IMG/VR virus record: IMGVR_UViG_3300030044_000019 | Coordinates: 1-64,000 of that record | Origin: an uncultured virus (IMG/VR IMGVR_UViG_3300030044_000019) | Taxonomy: Duplodnaviria > Heunggongvirae > Uroviricota > Caudoviricetes | Reading direction: 5' to 3' (one strand) | DNA: 64,000 nucleotides | Shown here: piece by piece, positions 9,970-20,087 of the stretch | Layout: every line of letters begins with the position of its first letter | Position numbering within the stretch: position 1 is the first letter of the stretch | Translations under genes and position numbers: made by a program | The notes under the pieces: model-generated | Seen by the model: the letters and a program-made list of their open reading frames with translations, nothing else | The model's database searches: none | Told to the model about the DNA's origin: nothing

Positions 9970-10923
9970 TCATTCAGTGCTTAGGAGCGTGATATTGGCT
10001 AGATTGATTGAGTTATTAGTAACGGAAAGACTCCAGATCACAGAGTTTAGCAGGAACAATCCAGGATAAGCAACGCCATTGGAAACAATGGGGGTAACTA
10101 TGGGACCAGTAACAGCTCCGTTGATCAAAATCTCACATTTTTGGTCACATTCCATATAGATCATGGTTTTAGCCATAGTGTATGCGGTGACTTCGGTCGT
10201 CACGGTTTCTGTTGGCAAGGCGCCTGCATAAGAAAATTGGACATACGAGTCGGTTACTTGAGTAATTTCGTAAGAATTTTGAGAAACAGGACTAAAACCA
10301 GAGTTAATAACCAGAGTATCGCCCACTTGAACGTTGCCGGCACTAAAGATGCGAAGTTGGGTAGCGTATCCAGATCCTAGGGTTATTGGCCCTTGAACGT
10401 ACCCTGTCGGATTAACTACGGAAATACTCGTGCTAGTGGTTGAAATAATCTGGAATATGCCTTGATTGGCAAGATTGAATTGGTTACCAATAAGGACTTG
10501 GTCTCCAACCTGAACTGAACTCAGGTTCGGGAGTGTTCCGCCAGTGAAGGTGTAGGTTAATACTGGACCATTTATGGATGTAGTTACTTGTGAAGTAGCG
10601 TTCGTGCCAATCGTTCTTAGCGTTCTAAAACCAGGAACCATCCCGGAAACATAAGAAAGCTGGTAGGTACTGGTACTGAACGGTGCAAGGGCTAAAGAGT
10701 AGGTAGTCGTATTGTCTTGTGTAAGGCTCCTGGTGCCGCTAAAAAGGGCTTGGGTGGCTCCTGGCGCGGTTTGGAAGGTCTCACTGAGGGCACTAGATAT
10801 AGAAAAATCAGTGGTTTCTCTCGTCCACTTAAAATTCTGTCTTTGAGGCTGGTTCCCAGAACAAGCTCCACCATTACCGCCTACCCCGTAAGCCTGCAAA
10901 AATATTAAACTTTTTAGTGGCAT
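9970..10923 (-). CDS. virion structural protein (beta-rich)
   Basis: Ser/Thr/Gly-rich with repeated VQVGD module; late motif upstream. Confidence 0.55.
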   Translation of the reverse strand: MPLKSLIFLQAYGVGGNGGACSGNQPQRQNFKWTRETTDFSISSALSETFQTAPGATQALFSGTRSLTQDNTTTYSLALAPFSTSTYQLSYVSGMVPGFRTLRTIGTNATSQVTTSINGPVLTYTFTGGTLPNLSSVQVGDQVLIGNQFNLANQGIFQIISTTSTSISVVNPTGYVQGPITLGSGYATQLRIFSAGNVQVGDTLVINSGFSPVSQNSYEITQVTDSYVQFSYAGALPTETVTTEVTAYTMAKTMIYMECDQKCEILINGAVTGPIVTPIVSNGVAYPGLFLLNSVIWSLSVTNNSINLANITLLSTE

Positions 10924-10988
10924 TTTTAAGCTCCTGATATACTACGTTAAAGATTGCTTTTTATGAGAGCTTGCACAAACTATTGAAA

Positions 10989-12854
10989 TTAAAAGGTAAA
11001 TGTAAATCCACCCTTCTTTTTGGTACTGCTTATGGCAACAGAGTCCCCATTGATTCTCTTGGCAATTTCATTGCGCATTTGCTCGTTTACAGTAGGATTG
11101 GGCTTGTTTGGCATTCCTACCTTGCCTGGATCATCCGTATATTCCACCATAGCCCTGTAAGTACCACGAACAGCCCACATATTCTGGCCTATGTACCTTA
11201 AGCTATCGCAAATATCGGCAATACCCATTTCATCTGCCGGATTCGGAGTCACATTACCCTGACCATCCAACTGGAAACGATGTTTGGCTATGGCCGATAT
11301 AGTTTTTTTATTACTTTCATTTTGCAAAATTTTGAAAGATCTTTTGCCGCCAGAACTAACTATTTTAGACCTAACAGCACTGATGCCTCCCAAAACGTCT
11401 TTTGTAAAAGGAGGACACTTCATACCATTTTTATTGAAGGACTTAATGTAAGCTGGCATATTTTGGTCAACAAACCATTTTGATGGATTGTATTTATCGC
11501 GGTAGGTTTTTGAAATTTGTAATATGTCATCAAACTCTAAACCGGGGGATGCATACGTTTCCATCAGCCACCAATCGCCATTGGGAATCTTGGCTACTAC
11601 TAGAATGACGAAATCATGTCCAAATCCCCAGTCAACGCCACAGAAGAATTCGATCCCAGCTTTTTGCATTTCGTATAAAAGAGTCGCTTCTGATACGTTC
11701 TGGAAATTTGTGGGACCGATCAAAGTTTCGTAAGCTTGTTTGGTAGTAATGACATTGCCGATTCCTACGCCCGAACTAAATCTGGGATAAACCAGCCCTT
11801 CGCTCCCTGGTTTTTGGCACAGTAATTGAGAAGCAGCCATATCAGGGTCATTTTCTCTGAATTTTTGAATGACCGAACTGATGGGTTTATAAAAACCACC
11901 AGTAGCTGACGCATCTTTAACGGCGAGTTTTTTCTTACAAAGAGGCAACAAAGGACATTTCACACAACCTGCATAAGCATCTTTAATGAATTCGTATTTG
12001 GGTTTCTCTATATCCGGCAGTATCAAATACTCTTCTTGCAATAAATTTCTAAGTGGTAAGTCTTTAGCCACATACATGTCTTGTCTGGGTTCATCGGGCT
12101 TATGACGATCCTCTGGACATTTTTCGGTGAGGTCCAGTAGATTCCACTTAAGAACTTTATAGTTCATGTCATCAGCTTTTTCCAAAGCTTCGGCCACATT
12201 ACCGAATGAGTACTTGTAAGAACTGACCAAAACCATCATTCCGTAAACGCCCTTAGAGAATCCGGTAATGTTCTTACCTTCTTTGAGAGCTGCCTTATCA
12301 GCTAGATCTAATTCATCAAGAAATAGTACATTTGAATGCAATCCATTCATCCCTTTGGAAGAACAAATAACAACCTTGATAAAAGCAGTTTTTTTCTGAG
12401 GGGTCTTATAGCGGATAACACGCTTATTGGAAGACATTGGAATCCAACCAGCTGCATCCAGTAGAGGGCCAATTTTAAGAAGAAAGCCTTCTATATAGTT
12501 TAAAGCAATAGACGACTGAGACTCGATAGCTGCCGCATGACCGACCTCAAGTTGAAAATGAATCAATAAAAGAAGCTCTAAAATAGTCACAATAATAGTT
12601 TTTAGACCTTCACGACAACTAATCATAATAGCGCCAGGTCTTACATTACCCCAGTTATTTTTGAAGGTTTCGTAGATATACCATGCTGCGTCTAGAGGGT
12701 TGGATGTGGAATCTGGGTCGGTATTTTCGGTGGGTAGTTCGAGATCTAAATAGAACTTAGCCCAATCCTTAATTTCCTTCGCAGAATTCAAAGGGGCAAG
12801 CATTAATTTAGCTATTTCGGCTTTTTTACTATCTTCTAATAAGGCAAAATCCAT
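10989..12854 (-). CDS. terL: terminase large subunit
   Basis: Walker A variant SCREGLKT, Walker B LFLDE, nuclease GVDWG and D..DSLRY. Confidence 0.85.
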   Translation of the reverse strand: MDFALLEDSKKAEIAKLMLAPLNSAKEIKDWAKFYLDLELPTENTDPDSTSNPLDAAWYIYETFKNNWGNVRPGAIMISCREGLKTIIVTILELLLLIHFQLEVGHAAAIESQSSIALNYIEGFLLKIGPLLDAAGWIPMSSNKRVIRYKTPQKKTAFIKVVICSSKGMNGLHSNVLFLDELDLADKAALKEGKNITGFSKGVYGMMVLVSSYKYSFGNVAEALEKADDMNYKVLKWNLLDLTEKCPEDRHKPDEPRQDMYVAKDLPLRNLLQEEYLILPDIEKPKYEFIKDAYAGCVKCPLLPLCKKKLAVKDASATGGFYKPISSVIQKFRENDPDMAASQLLCQKPGSEGLVYPRFSSGVGIGNVITTKQAYETLIGPTNFQNVSEATLLYEMQKAGIEFFCGVDWGFGHDFVILVVAKIPNGDWWLMETYASPGLEFDDILQISKTYRDKYNPSKWFVDQNMPAYIKSFNKNGMKCPPFTKDVLGGISAVRSKIVSSGGKRSFKILQNESNKKTISAIAKHRFQLDGQGNVTPNPADEMGIADICDSLRYIGQNMWAVRGTYRAMVEYTDDPGKVGMPNKPNPTVNEQMRNEIAKRINGDSVAISSTKKKGGFTFTF

Positions 12855-12876
12855 GCCTTGGTTATATCATAAGTGT

Positions 12877-14430
12877 CTAAGTGCTAGGATTCCAAAGCCA
12901 TTTTCTGTGACCATAGTCTTCAATTCTAAATAAAGGTCTGTCATCTCCAAAGAGTTTTTGACTAAATACTCCATTTTCAGCTTGGGTTTGTTCAGTAGGG
13001 AATTGAGCAATAATAACTGGATCATTGTTCCTTTTACATTTAAAGCGCCAAACTCTAGTTTTAAGGTCTGTGTACCAATAGGAGGGTTGATGACTTTTGG
13101 TTATTTCTACAAAGCCATTTTGAACGTAAATATTTCCATGAGATAAACGATTATTGGAATAGCTTACGATAGGTTGATTTATCTTCTTAAGAATTTTTCC
13201 AAGAGCACCTGGGACTGAGTAATCATAATTAGACGCAAGTCTGGCGATTTCTAATTCCTTGTTAAAATTCGTTCTAAAAGAAGCACAAAATATCAATTCC
13301 TCTCCCTTAAAAAAACCATAGGCAAAGGAAGCGTTTGAGTGTCCATCGATATGATGTTTTTCGAAGAAACCTTTAAACTGCGAATTAGAGGGAAGCAGTC
13401 TCAATTCAAGTTTTCTAGGACTCAATGTTTTTGGTTTTAACACTTTAAGACGATAAGCGATCATTTTCTTGATCAGTTCTTGTTTTGCCTCATTTTTCCA
13501 TTCGTCTTCATAAATAGCCAATAGGCTAACGTTATTGTCTAGGCATTTTTGTATTTTTTTGACGTGAGACATCTTCTTGAATTGATCCGATCCGGAAGAA
13601 TGCCAATACAATCCGTTGAACTCTATACCAAATCTTAATTCTGGAACATAAACATCTAGTTCTGTTCCTCTAAGAGCGGTTCTGTCATTCAAAAGTATAG
13701 TTTTATCGGTAATACTTTTTACATAGTTATAGATATCCAGTTGGGCTTTGGAGACAAAACTAGAAACGAGATCACCCCAGCCACGTTTATGAAACTGTCG
13801 GAGCGTAGTTATAAAGGATATTTCATATTTTTGTGATGCAGATGTGATTGTTTCTTTTTTATCTTCTACTTCTTTCTTAATTATAAGCAACAGTTCTTCG
13901 TATTTCTCCAAAGACATCCCAAGCTTGGTCTCTCTTTGGGAGACAGATTGTTTATTTACGCGCTTTTTATATTTAGCAGGATTGTCGCGAAAGTCGATCC
14001 ATACATTTTTGGCGTTTGTAGAAAAAATATTAAAATATTTTGGATCTGACAAAGTTTTGGTTCTAGTTTTAGCAGCTCTTTCAAAAGATTCTTCAGTCCT
14101 ACTAGATCTCATGCGTTCCATGGCTAGCGGGTCCTTTGCTATTTTCGCTTCATAAGCATGCTTTTGACGTTCTTCTGGAGTAAGCAGAACATTATTATTC
14201 TTAATAATTTCTTTTACTTTACTGAGTTTAACTCCACTTAAAGTGACGATGTCTTTATTAGTTCTACCTTCTTTTTTTAAGAAAACAACCAGTTCTATTT
14301 GTTCATCGGAATATTTTAATTTACTTTTAGCAACGATGACAGCTGTGCACTCTTTCGAACAAGAATTTCCTCTGCCTGTCCATTTATATTCAAATTCTTT
14401 TTTACAATTTTTACAATTTGCTGTCTTCAT
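12877..14430 (-). CDS. Hef-like free-standing homing endonuclease (N-terminal Zn finger, PD-(D/E)XK domain)
   Basis: CKNC..CSKEC; ELDVYVPE..GIEFNGLYWHS; IYEDEW; own TTGACA-17-TATGCT promoter places the start at ATG 14430. Confidence 0.75.
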   Translation of the reverse strand: MKTANCKNCKKEFEYKWTGRGNSCSKECTAVIVAKSKLKYSDEQIELVVFLKKEGRTNKDIVTLSGVKLSKVKEIIKNNNVLLTPEERQKHAYEAKIAKDPLAMERMRSSRTEESFERAAKTRTKTLSDPKYFNIFSTNAKNVWIDFRDNPAKYKKRVNKQSVSQRETKLGMSLEKYEELLLIIKKEVEDKKETITSASQKYEISFITTLRQFHKRGWGDLVSSFVSKAQLDIYNYVKSITDKTILLNDRTALRGTELDVYVPELRFGIEFNGLYWHSSGSDQFKKMSHVKKIQKCLDNNVSLLAIYEDEWKNEAKQELIKKMIAYRLKVLKPKTLSPRKLELRLLPSNSQFKGFFEKHHIDGHSNASFAYGFFKGEELIFCASFRTNFNKELEIARLASNYDYSVPGALGKILKKINQPIVSYSNNRLSHGNIYVQNGFVEITKSHQPSYWYTDLKTRVWRFKCKRNNDPVIIAQFPTEQTQAENGVFSQKLFGDDRPLFRIEDYGHRKWLWNPST

Positions 14431-14475
14431 GTTTAATAGCATATAGTGAAGATTGCTATTTGTCAACCATGAAAT

Positions 14476-14508
14476 AAAAAAGCCCCTTATTTTTCAATAA
14501 GGGGCTTT
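14476..14508 (-). terminator. intrinsic terminator after the major capsid gene
   Basis: AAAGCCCCTTATT-TTTC-AATAAGGGGCTTT hairpin with U-tract on the minus strand. Confidence 0.8.
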
Positions 14509-14533
14509 AAATATCTGATTTTATTCAGTTTTA

Positions 14534-15925
14534 TTAGCTAAGTTGACCAGTGATGTTATCTATGAGCACATTCTTTCTTGGCTGATAGGCTGCAAGGGAC
14601 AAAAACCTAAAATGCGCTTCCGGAAGTGAGAGATCCGAAACTGCCAATTTAAGTTTGCTGTATGGAGCCAACTGAGCAAATCCGAGGGTATTCCCTTGGA
14701 TCAAGAAACCAGTAACAGAACCTGGCTGTTTATTGCCAAGGTCAGTGAACACTGGGTTCCCGCTGCTCTGTTTGATCTTACCAATGAACTTCGCATTAGC
14801 GGTGTTGCCACCGAGTTCTGAACGATAGACATTGTAGTAAGCAGCGCCGGATTGAGCCGTGATCGTGACAGTGACTTTGTCACCAGCAGCGGTCACAGTT
14901 GCTACCTGCGAAGGACTCGGGAGAGATTCACCCAAGAGCGAGCACGCGGTAGCGTAGTACGTATAGGTTCCAGCCTGAAGGAGAGATCCTGCAGCACCTG
15001 CATCAGCAACGGCGATCGATGGCTGATTAGGAGTACCAACGCGCGAACGAGCTGGTTGGGTCTTTCCAGACAAGAAACGGGAAGCTTCAAGCGAAACCAC
15101 TGCAGACGAAGTCCACTGGGTACGAAGATGAGCGCCGGTAGCTTCTTGAGCAGAACCAGCAAGCATGATACGTTCCTTAGCGTGAGCGATTTTGTTATAA
15201 GCCGACAAGCTGATTGGATCGAGGATAAGACGATCAGCAGCTCCCATGTTCATGGCAGAACGAACCGAAGAATCTTCGATGATCGACTGAGTAAGGGTAC
15301 CGCCAGACGAAAGCACTACGGTCTGGTTAGATCCGAATTCAGCAAACATCAAATCTTGAGTGTTGCTCTGAGTATCAGACTGACGAACCTGTTGGTCAAC
15401 ACCAATCATGTTAGGAAGCTGAGCAACAACGGTAGGATTACCATCGAAAACACCAGCGTTCGAGAAGTCAGCTTGTCCACGGAAGGAGTCAAACTCGATG
15501 TCGCCAGCGAGTTTCATCGCAGCATCAGCAGAAGAACGATCTTCAGCTTTGACGCCGTCAAATGCACCAATCATGTTGGCAGCAACGGTCACTCTACGAA
15601 TCGTGCTGTAATATGCCATAGGCACAACTGCACGGATGAAGTTAGACACGTCTTCTTCGCCTACGCCACCTTCGAACTGGGCAGAACCCCCGAAGATACC
15701 ATAATCGAGCTGACGATTGAATTGATGAAGTTGGGATTTGACTTCCTTGGAAGGAAGCATTTTCTGCAACTTAATATGACTATCATCAAAAGTAACGTTT
15801 TGCATTACAGGTGATAGATCTTCAACTTGAAGAGCTGCACCCTGTTCCAAATTCCCTGGAGAGGCCATATAACTGCCTGCTTCAAGGGCTTTCATTAACG
15901 ACTGAAGTTGTTCAATCATTTTCAT
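14534..15925 (-). CDS. major capsid protein
   Basis: LMKALEAG N-terminus, GAALQVEDL (Herelleviridae-like); follows the scaffold; strong terminator downstream. Confidence 0.85.
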   Translation of the reverse strand: MKMIEQLQSLMKALEAGSYMASPGNLEQGAALQVEDLSPVMQNVTFDDSHIKLQKMLPSKEVKSQLHQFNRQLDYGIFGGSAQFEGGVGEEDVSNFIRAVVPMAYYSTIRRVTVAANMIGAFDGVKAEDRSSADAAMKLAGDIEFDSFRGQADFSNAGVFDGNPTVVAQLPNMIGVDQQVRQSDTQSNTQDLMFAEFGSNQTVVLSSGGTLTQSIIEDSSVRSAMNMGAADRLILDPISLSAYNKIAHAKERIMLAGSAQEATGAHLRTQWTSSAVVSLEASRFLSGKTQPARSRVGTPNQPSIAVADAGAAGSLLQAGTYTYYATACSLLGESLPSPSQVATVTAAGDKVTVTITAQSGAAYYNVYRSELGGNTANAKFIGKIKQSSGNPVFTDLGNKQPGSVTGFLIQGNTLGFAQLAPYSKLKLAVSDLSLPEAHFRFLSLAAYQPRKNVLIDNITGQLS

Positions 15926-15945
15926 TCTCCTTTAATTAAGCCAGC

Positions 15946-16830
15946 CTATTTAAGCAGGTGGCTGATACTGTTAACGTTTAACTGACCATTGAGATAATAG
16001 GATGTGACTGCATCCCTATCAGACTTCTTAAGTGACGGATCAGCCGTCTTCGTATTAAGAATTTCGGTGATCTGAGCCTTAGTAAAGGTTTTTTCTTCAC
16101 TTGGTGTTTCGGATTTAGCGATAACATCGAGTGAGGTAATAGCCTTACCTTGAGGGACAGCTTTTTTAGCCAATTTAGTCAAGAATTCTTGAACTGCTTC
16201 AAACTTTTCTTTTTGAGATGCGAGTTCAGATTTAAGTAGCTCGACTTCTTGGTTTTCTGATTTTTCCATTTTATCTCCATGGGCCTTACTTGCTTCAGAC
16301 TTAGCACCTGGACTGTCTTTAGGTTCACAAGCGGACATTTCGCCGCCATTGCCCCTTTTTTGACTTCCATTTTCATTTTTGCTCATATCTGATGGCTTAG
16401 CTTCAGTCTTACCCATACACTTTGCGAGACAATCACTATGATGTTTCTGTTCACCAGGAGACATAGAGCGGTACATTTTTTCCATGTGCTGCATGTCTTC
16501 TTCATCATAGTCGTGGCCCTGATCATGGCCTTCTTCATGGTGTTCTTCTTGTCCACCATGTTCTTTGTCATTTTCATCATGGGACTCATCGTTCCCATCA
16601 TGATGTTCTTCCCCGTCATCATGTTGCTTAGACTCACCGTCTTTAGCTTCATGTTTGAAAGGTTTTTCGTGTTCAGGCTTTTCTTTATGCTCTTCTTTAT
16701 CTTCATGGTCTTTTTCACCATCTTCAGATTTAGCAAGAGACATGTCTTCAGCTTTAGCCAATTGAGCAGTAAATGCTTTTTCTACGTCCGCAATAAGTTT
16801 TGCAACATCTTTATCGGTATAGGTATGCAT
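15946..16830 (-). CDS. capsid scaffold protein (acidic, His-rich)
   Basis: Immediately upstream of the capsid gene; low-complexity; many LxKSE motifs. Confidence 0.65.
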   Translation of the reverse strand: MHTYTDKDVAKLIADVEKAFTAQLAKAEDMSLAKSEDGEKDHEDKEEHKEKPEHEKPFKHEAKDGESKQHDDGEEHHDGNDESHDENDKEHGGQEEHHEEGHDQGHDYDEEDMQHMEKMYRSMSPGEQKHHSDCLAKCMGKTEAKPSDMSKNENGSQKRGNGGEMSACEPKDSPGAKSEASKAHGDKMEKSENQEVELLKSELASQKEKFEAVQEFLTKLAKKAVPQGKAITSLDVIAKSETPSEEKTFTKAQITEILNTKTADPSLKKSDRDAVTSYYLNGQLNVNSISHLLK

Positions 16831-16857
16831 ATTTTTACTCCTCTGCGTAATAAAAAA

Positions 16858-17322
16858 TTATACGCCCTTAGTTGGCCAATAAAGGTTGTCAAGATCTGCC
16901 GTAGGAGTTGCAGCTTCTGCACTAGTTGCAGTCACAGCAGTTCCGTTTGCAATTGGTACCAATTGCTGGCGCATTCCGAATGGAATAAGTTCCCATTCAA
17001 TGGTCGTGATATCTGCTTGAGCTGGAATTGGTGCTCCTGCGCTATTAAGTTCATAACAGAACTGAGAAAGCGATGGAGTATAGGCAAGTTCAGGATTACC
17101 GAAAATGTCATTACTGACCATGGAAATCTGTTGCAAATAGACCAAAACAACTGGTTGTCCTTCTGCTTCATTCCCGTTATGCGAGAAGAAAAGTAGTTGG
17201 CCTCCTTGAGCATCTGCAGCATACCGAATAGTGTTAAGACCAGAGTTATTCTGGAAACGAAGGGCAAGCCTGTTCCCGAGATCTCGGGCAATTGCTTGAA
17301 GTTTTTGATTACTGGTAATCAT
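16858..17322 (-). CDS. putative head structural protein
   Basis: First gene of the scaffold-capsid operon; AAGGAG RBS. Confidence 0.5.
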   Translation of the reverse strand: MITSNQKLQAIARDLGNRLALRFQNNSGLNTIRYAADAQGGQLLFFSHNGNEAEGQPVVLVYLQQISMVSNDIFGNPELAYTPSLSQFCYELNSAGAPIPAQADITTIEWELIPFGMRQQLVPIANGTAVTATSAEAATPTADLDNLYWPTKGV

Positions 17323-17433
17323 TTTAAATCTCCTTTAAAAAGGTTTCGCTCAATACGAGCGTAATATTACGTACTTACAGTTAATTATTACTCTCCGTAC
17401 ACGAAAGTCTATAAAATCAATAGGTTATATACA

Positions 17434-17462
17434 TTGACAAATCAGAATACATATGATATAGT
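17434..17462 (+). promoter_or_regulatory. sigma70-type promoter (leaderless transcript likely)
   Basis: TTGACA-17-TATAGT with TG extension; ATG at 17469; IHF consensus AATCAATAGGTTA at 17415-17427. Confidence 0.65.
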
Positions 17463-17468
17463 TCTAAC

Positions 17469-18119
17469 ATGGGATTAAAAATAGTCATAATCAGTGATGT
17501 CCATTGTAAATTTAATAAGTTGAAAATTCCTGAGTGTGACATACTCATTAGTTGTGGAGATTATAGTTTTTTAGGTCAACCTCATGAAGTTAAAAACTTC
17601 CATAAGTGGTTTAGTAAACAAAACGCTAAGCATAAAATATCCGTACAAGGTAACCATGAAAAAGGTGTGGAAAGCGCTTTTAGCTTTTCTAAACAAATAG
17701 CTGAAGAATATTGTCCAGATATCATCTTTATAGATGAAGGGCTTGTTGAAATAGAAGGTTTAAAAATTTGGTGTTCTGCTATAACACCTTTCTTTTTTAA
17801 TTGGGCTTGGAATAGATATAGAGGAGAGGAAATCAAAAAACATTGGGACAGAATACCAATAGACACCGATATATTGGTAACTCATGGACCTCCTTATGGT
17901 ATTTTGGATACTGTTAAAACACACGATCCTATAATGAATTTAGGATGTGAAGAATTAACTAACAAAATCAAAGAATTAGAGCAACTCAAAATTCATTGTT
18001 TTGGTCATATCCACGATGGATATGGTGTATTTGACAACGGTACCGTTAAATTCGTAAATGCTTCGATTTGCAATGAACAATACAAACCAGTCAACTTACC
18101 CATCGTTATCGATCTGTAA
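17469..18119 (+). CDS. calcineurin-like metallophosphoesterase (MPPED-like)
   Basis: ISDVH, CGD, GNHE, THGPP, FGHIH. Confidence 0.9.
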   Translation: MGLKIVIISDVHCKFNKLKIPECDILISCGDYSFLGQPHEVKNFHKWFSKQNAKHKISVQGNHEKGVESAFSFSKQIAEEYCPDIIFIDEGLVEIEGLKIWCSAITPFFFNWAWNRYRGEEIKKHWDRIPIDTDILVTHGPPYGILDTVKTHDPIMNLGCEELTNKIKELEQLKIHCFGHIHDGYGVFDNGTVKFVNASICNEQYKPVNLPIVIDL

Positions 18120-18180
18120 AGTAATCTTTAAACCAAGATATCTACTGGAGTAATTACCAGTCAACCTTAAGGAGTTTTTC

Positions 18181-20019
18181 ATGGCCCTACCTAATAACAC
18201 TATCATCTATCTTCAAGATGCTCTAACAAGCGTATTTGCTGGTAATGAGCTGGCTAACGCGATCACCAATAGTTTGGTCCTTTCGCCTTTTACTTATAAT
18301 AGACTGGTTGTTGCTCTTTGTAGTGCAACCGTAGCCGCTCATTTTCAAGCCGCTATTTTAGGTCAATACACTTTGTCTCAGGCAGATCTTCAAGTTATCA
18401 CGGACGGATTCGATCTTACTAGTAATCCAGCGATGTTAGCTCAAATCTTGTCTAGTCTGCCTCCATCGCCTAACACTTTTCCACTTCCTCCATCAAATGT
18501 TTCTATGCCTGTTGGATTTAGCGTTGCGCCTTCTTACGTTGGACCTGCTCAACAGCTTATGGCTGTAACAACGTTTACAGCAGGAAGTACCTTTCCAAAC
18601 TTTGGACCAGGTGCTTATTTCGTAGTTTACACTGCTGGAAATACTAATGCGTACGATGTTTGGTATAATGTTTCTGGTGGAACTAATACAAATCCAGCCC
18701 CAATTGGTTTTACTGGCATTGAAGTGACTATCCTCAGCAGTGACACTGCTGCTCAAGTTGCTACTAAGACTAATACGGCTCTAGCTGCTCTTGCAGCCGC
18801 CAGCACCACTGTAAGTGGTTCTACCGTTACCATTTCTCCAACTCCCACTATTAGTACAGTTGCTGTTCCAGTTTTTTCTCCAGTGGCCGGTACTTATGCT
18901 ACAACCCAATCAGTGACCATCACCTCCATTACTTCTGGAGCAGCCATTTACTATACGACTAATGGATCAACTCCAACGGCTGGAAGTACTCTTTATACGG
19001 GGCCTATTACTGTAAGTGCAAGCGAGCCAATCAATGCAATAGCCGTAAAAGCCGGTTCTGCAAATTCTACAGTGGCGTCTGCAGCTTATATTATTGGGGG
19101 TTCCCAAGTTGCAACTCCAACTTTTTCACCAGTTGCTGGAACTTACGCTGGAACCCAATCGATTACGATTAGCTCTCTTACGACTGGAGCAACGTTCTAC
19201 TATACAACAAACGGAAGTACTCCTACCACGGGATCGACTCTTTATACGGGGCCTATTTCTGTAAATCAAAGTGAAACCGTAAAAGTATTGGCAACTCATG
19301 CCGGTCTTTCTAACTCTAATATTGGATCTGCAGCCTACACTATTACGGCACTTGGACCTGCTGCTGTCAATCTTGGAGCTGCAGCTACATACAGAATACT
19401 CACGGAATCTGGTATTAGCGACACTTCGGGATCTGAAATCACTGGGAATATGGGCGTATCCCCAATTGCGCATACGGCAATTACCGGTTTTACTCTAACT
19501 CTTGATGGAAGCGGAGAATTCTCTACCGCTCCAAATGTGACTGGCGATATCTATGCTGCAGACTATAGCGCACCGACTCCAGCTAATCTGACTAGTGCCA
19601 TTTCAGCAATGGGTGCGGCATATACAGACGCTCAAGGTCGTACAATGCCAACGGCTACCAATCCTGGTGCTGGGGCCTTGGGTGGTCTGACTCTAGTTCC
19701 TGGTTTGTACAAACTCACTGTTCCAACTTCCATCACTGGTAATCTTACATTGAACGGCGGAGTTAATGATGTTTGGATTTTCCAACTGTCGAGCACTCTA
19801 AATATGGCGTCGTCTGCTCAAATAGTTCTTACTGGTGGAGCACAAGCATCTAATGTATTCTGGGCTGTAGCTGGAAGCGTCACATTCGGTGTAAGCAGCG
19901 TAGCCAGAGGCGTTATATTGGCAGCCACCAACATCGCTTGCCAAACTACTAGCACAGTACACGGATCTCTATATGCTCAAACAGCGGTTACACTCGACGA
20001 TGTGGTTGTAACTACCTAA
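18181..20019 (+). CDS. ice-binding-like protein: two chitobiase/Fn3-associated repeats plus C-terminal DUF3494 domain
   Basis: P.FSPVAGTY...Q..TI.S.T.GA..YYTTNGSTPT twice; VNLG.A..Y.IL..SGI, ITGNMGVSP, AYTDA.GR, L.PGLYK, VWIFQ, GAQASNVFW.VAG, G.LYAQTAVTLD. Confidence 0.88.
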   Translation: MALPNNTIIYLQDALTSVFAGNELANAITNSLVLSPFTYNRLVVALCSATVAAHFQAAILGQYTLSQADLQVITDGFDLTSNPAMLAQILSSLPPSPNTFPLPPSNVSMPVGFSVAPSYVGPAQQLMAVTTFTAGSTFPNFGPGAYFVVYTAGNTNAYDVWYNVSGGTNTNPAPIGFTGIEVTILSSDTAAQVATKTNTALAALAAASTTVSGSTVTISPTPTISTVAVPVFSPVAGTYATTQSVTITSITSGAAIYYTTNGSTPTAGSTLYTGPITVSASEPINAIAVKAGSANSTVASAAYIIGGSQVATPTFSPVAGTYAGTQSITISSLTTGATFYYTTNGSTPTTGSTLYTGPISVNQSETVKVLATHAGLSNSNIGSAAYTITALGPAAVNLGAAATYRILTESGISDTSGSEITGNMGVSPIAHTAITGFTLTLDGSGEFSTAPNVTGDIYAADYSAPTPANLTSAISAMGAAYTDAQGRTMPTATNPGAGALGGLTLVPGLYKLTVPTSITGNLTLNGGVNDVWIFQLSSTLNMASSAQIVLTGGAQASNVFWAVAGSVTFGVSSVARGVILAATNIACQTTSTVHGSLYAQTAVTLDDVVVTT

Positions 20020-20041
20020 TAAAATCTAAGACTGACGTTTT

Positions 20042-20078
20042 AAGACCCATGAATGTTATAGTTCATGGGTCTTTTTTT
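20042..20078 (+). terminator. intrinsic terminator
   Basis: AAGACCCATGAA-N8-TTCATGGGTCTT followed by T-run. Confidence 0.8.
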
Positions 20079-20087
20079 ATAGTTAAG

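Noticed and set aside
12595..12625. Degenerate terminase Walker A (SCREGLKT)
   Set aside because: R-x-G-x-K-T variants occur in terminases; no evidence of inactivation
14852..15814. 320-aa plus-strand ORF
   Set aside because: Antisense shadow of the major capsid gene; no recognisable motifs
10989..15925. Group I intron or intein in terL or the capsid gene
   Set aside because: Both ORFs appear complete; the endonuclease between them is free-standing with its own promoter
16438..17196. 252-aa hydrophobic plus-strand ORF
   Set aside because: Antisense of the Glu/His/Lys-rich scaffold; the hydrophobicity is an artefact
17348..17372. Short hairpin and palindrome upstream of the head operon
   Set aside because: Stems are too short to distinguish from chance
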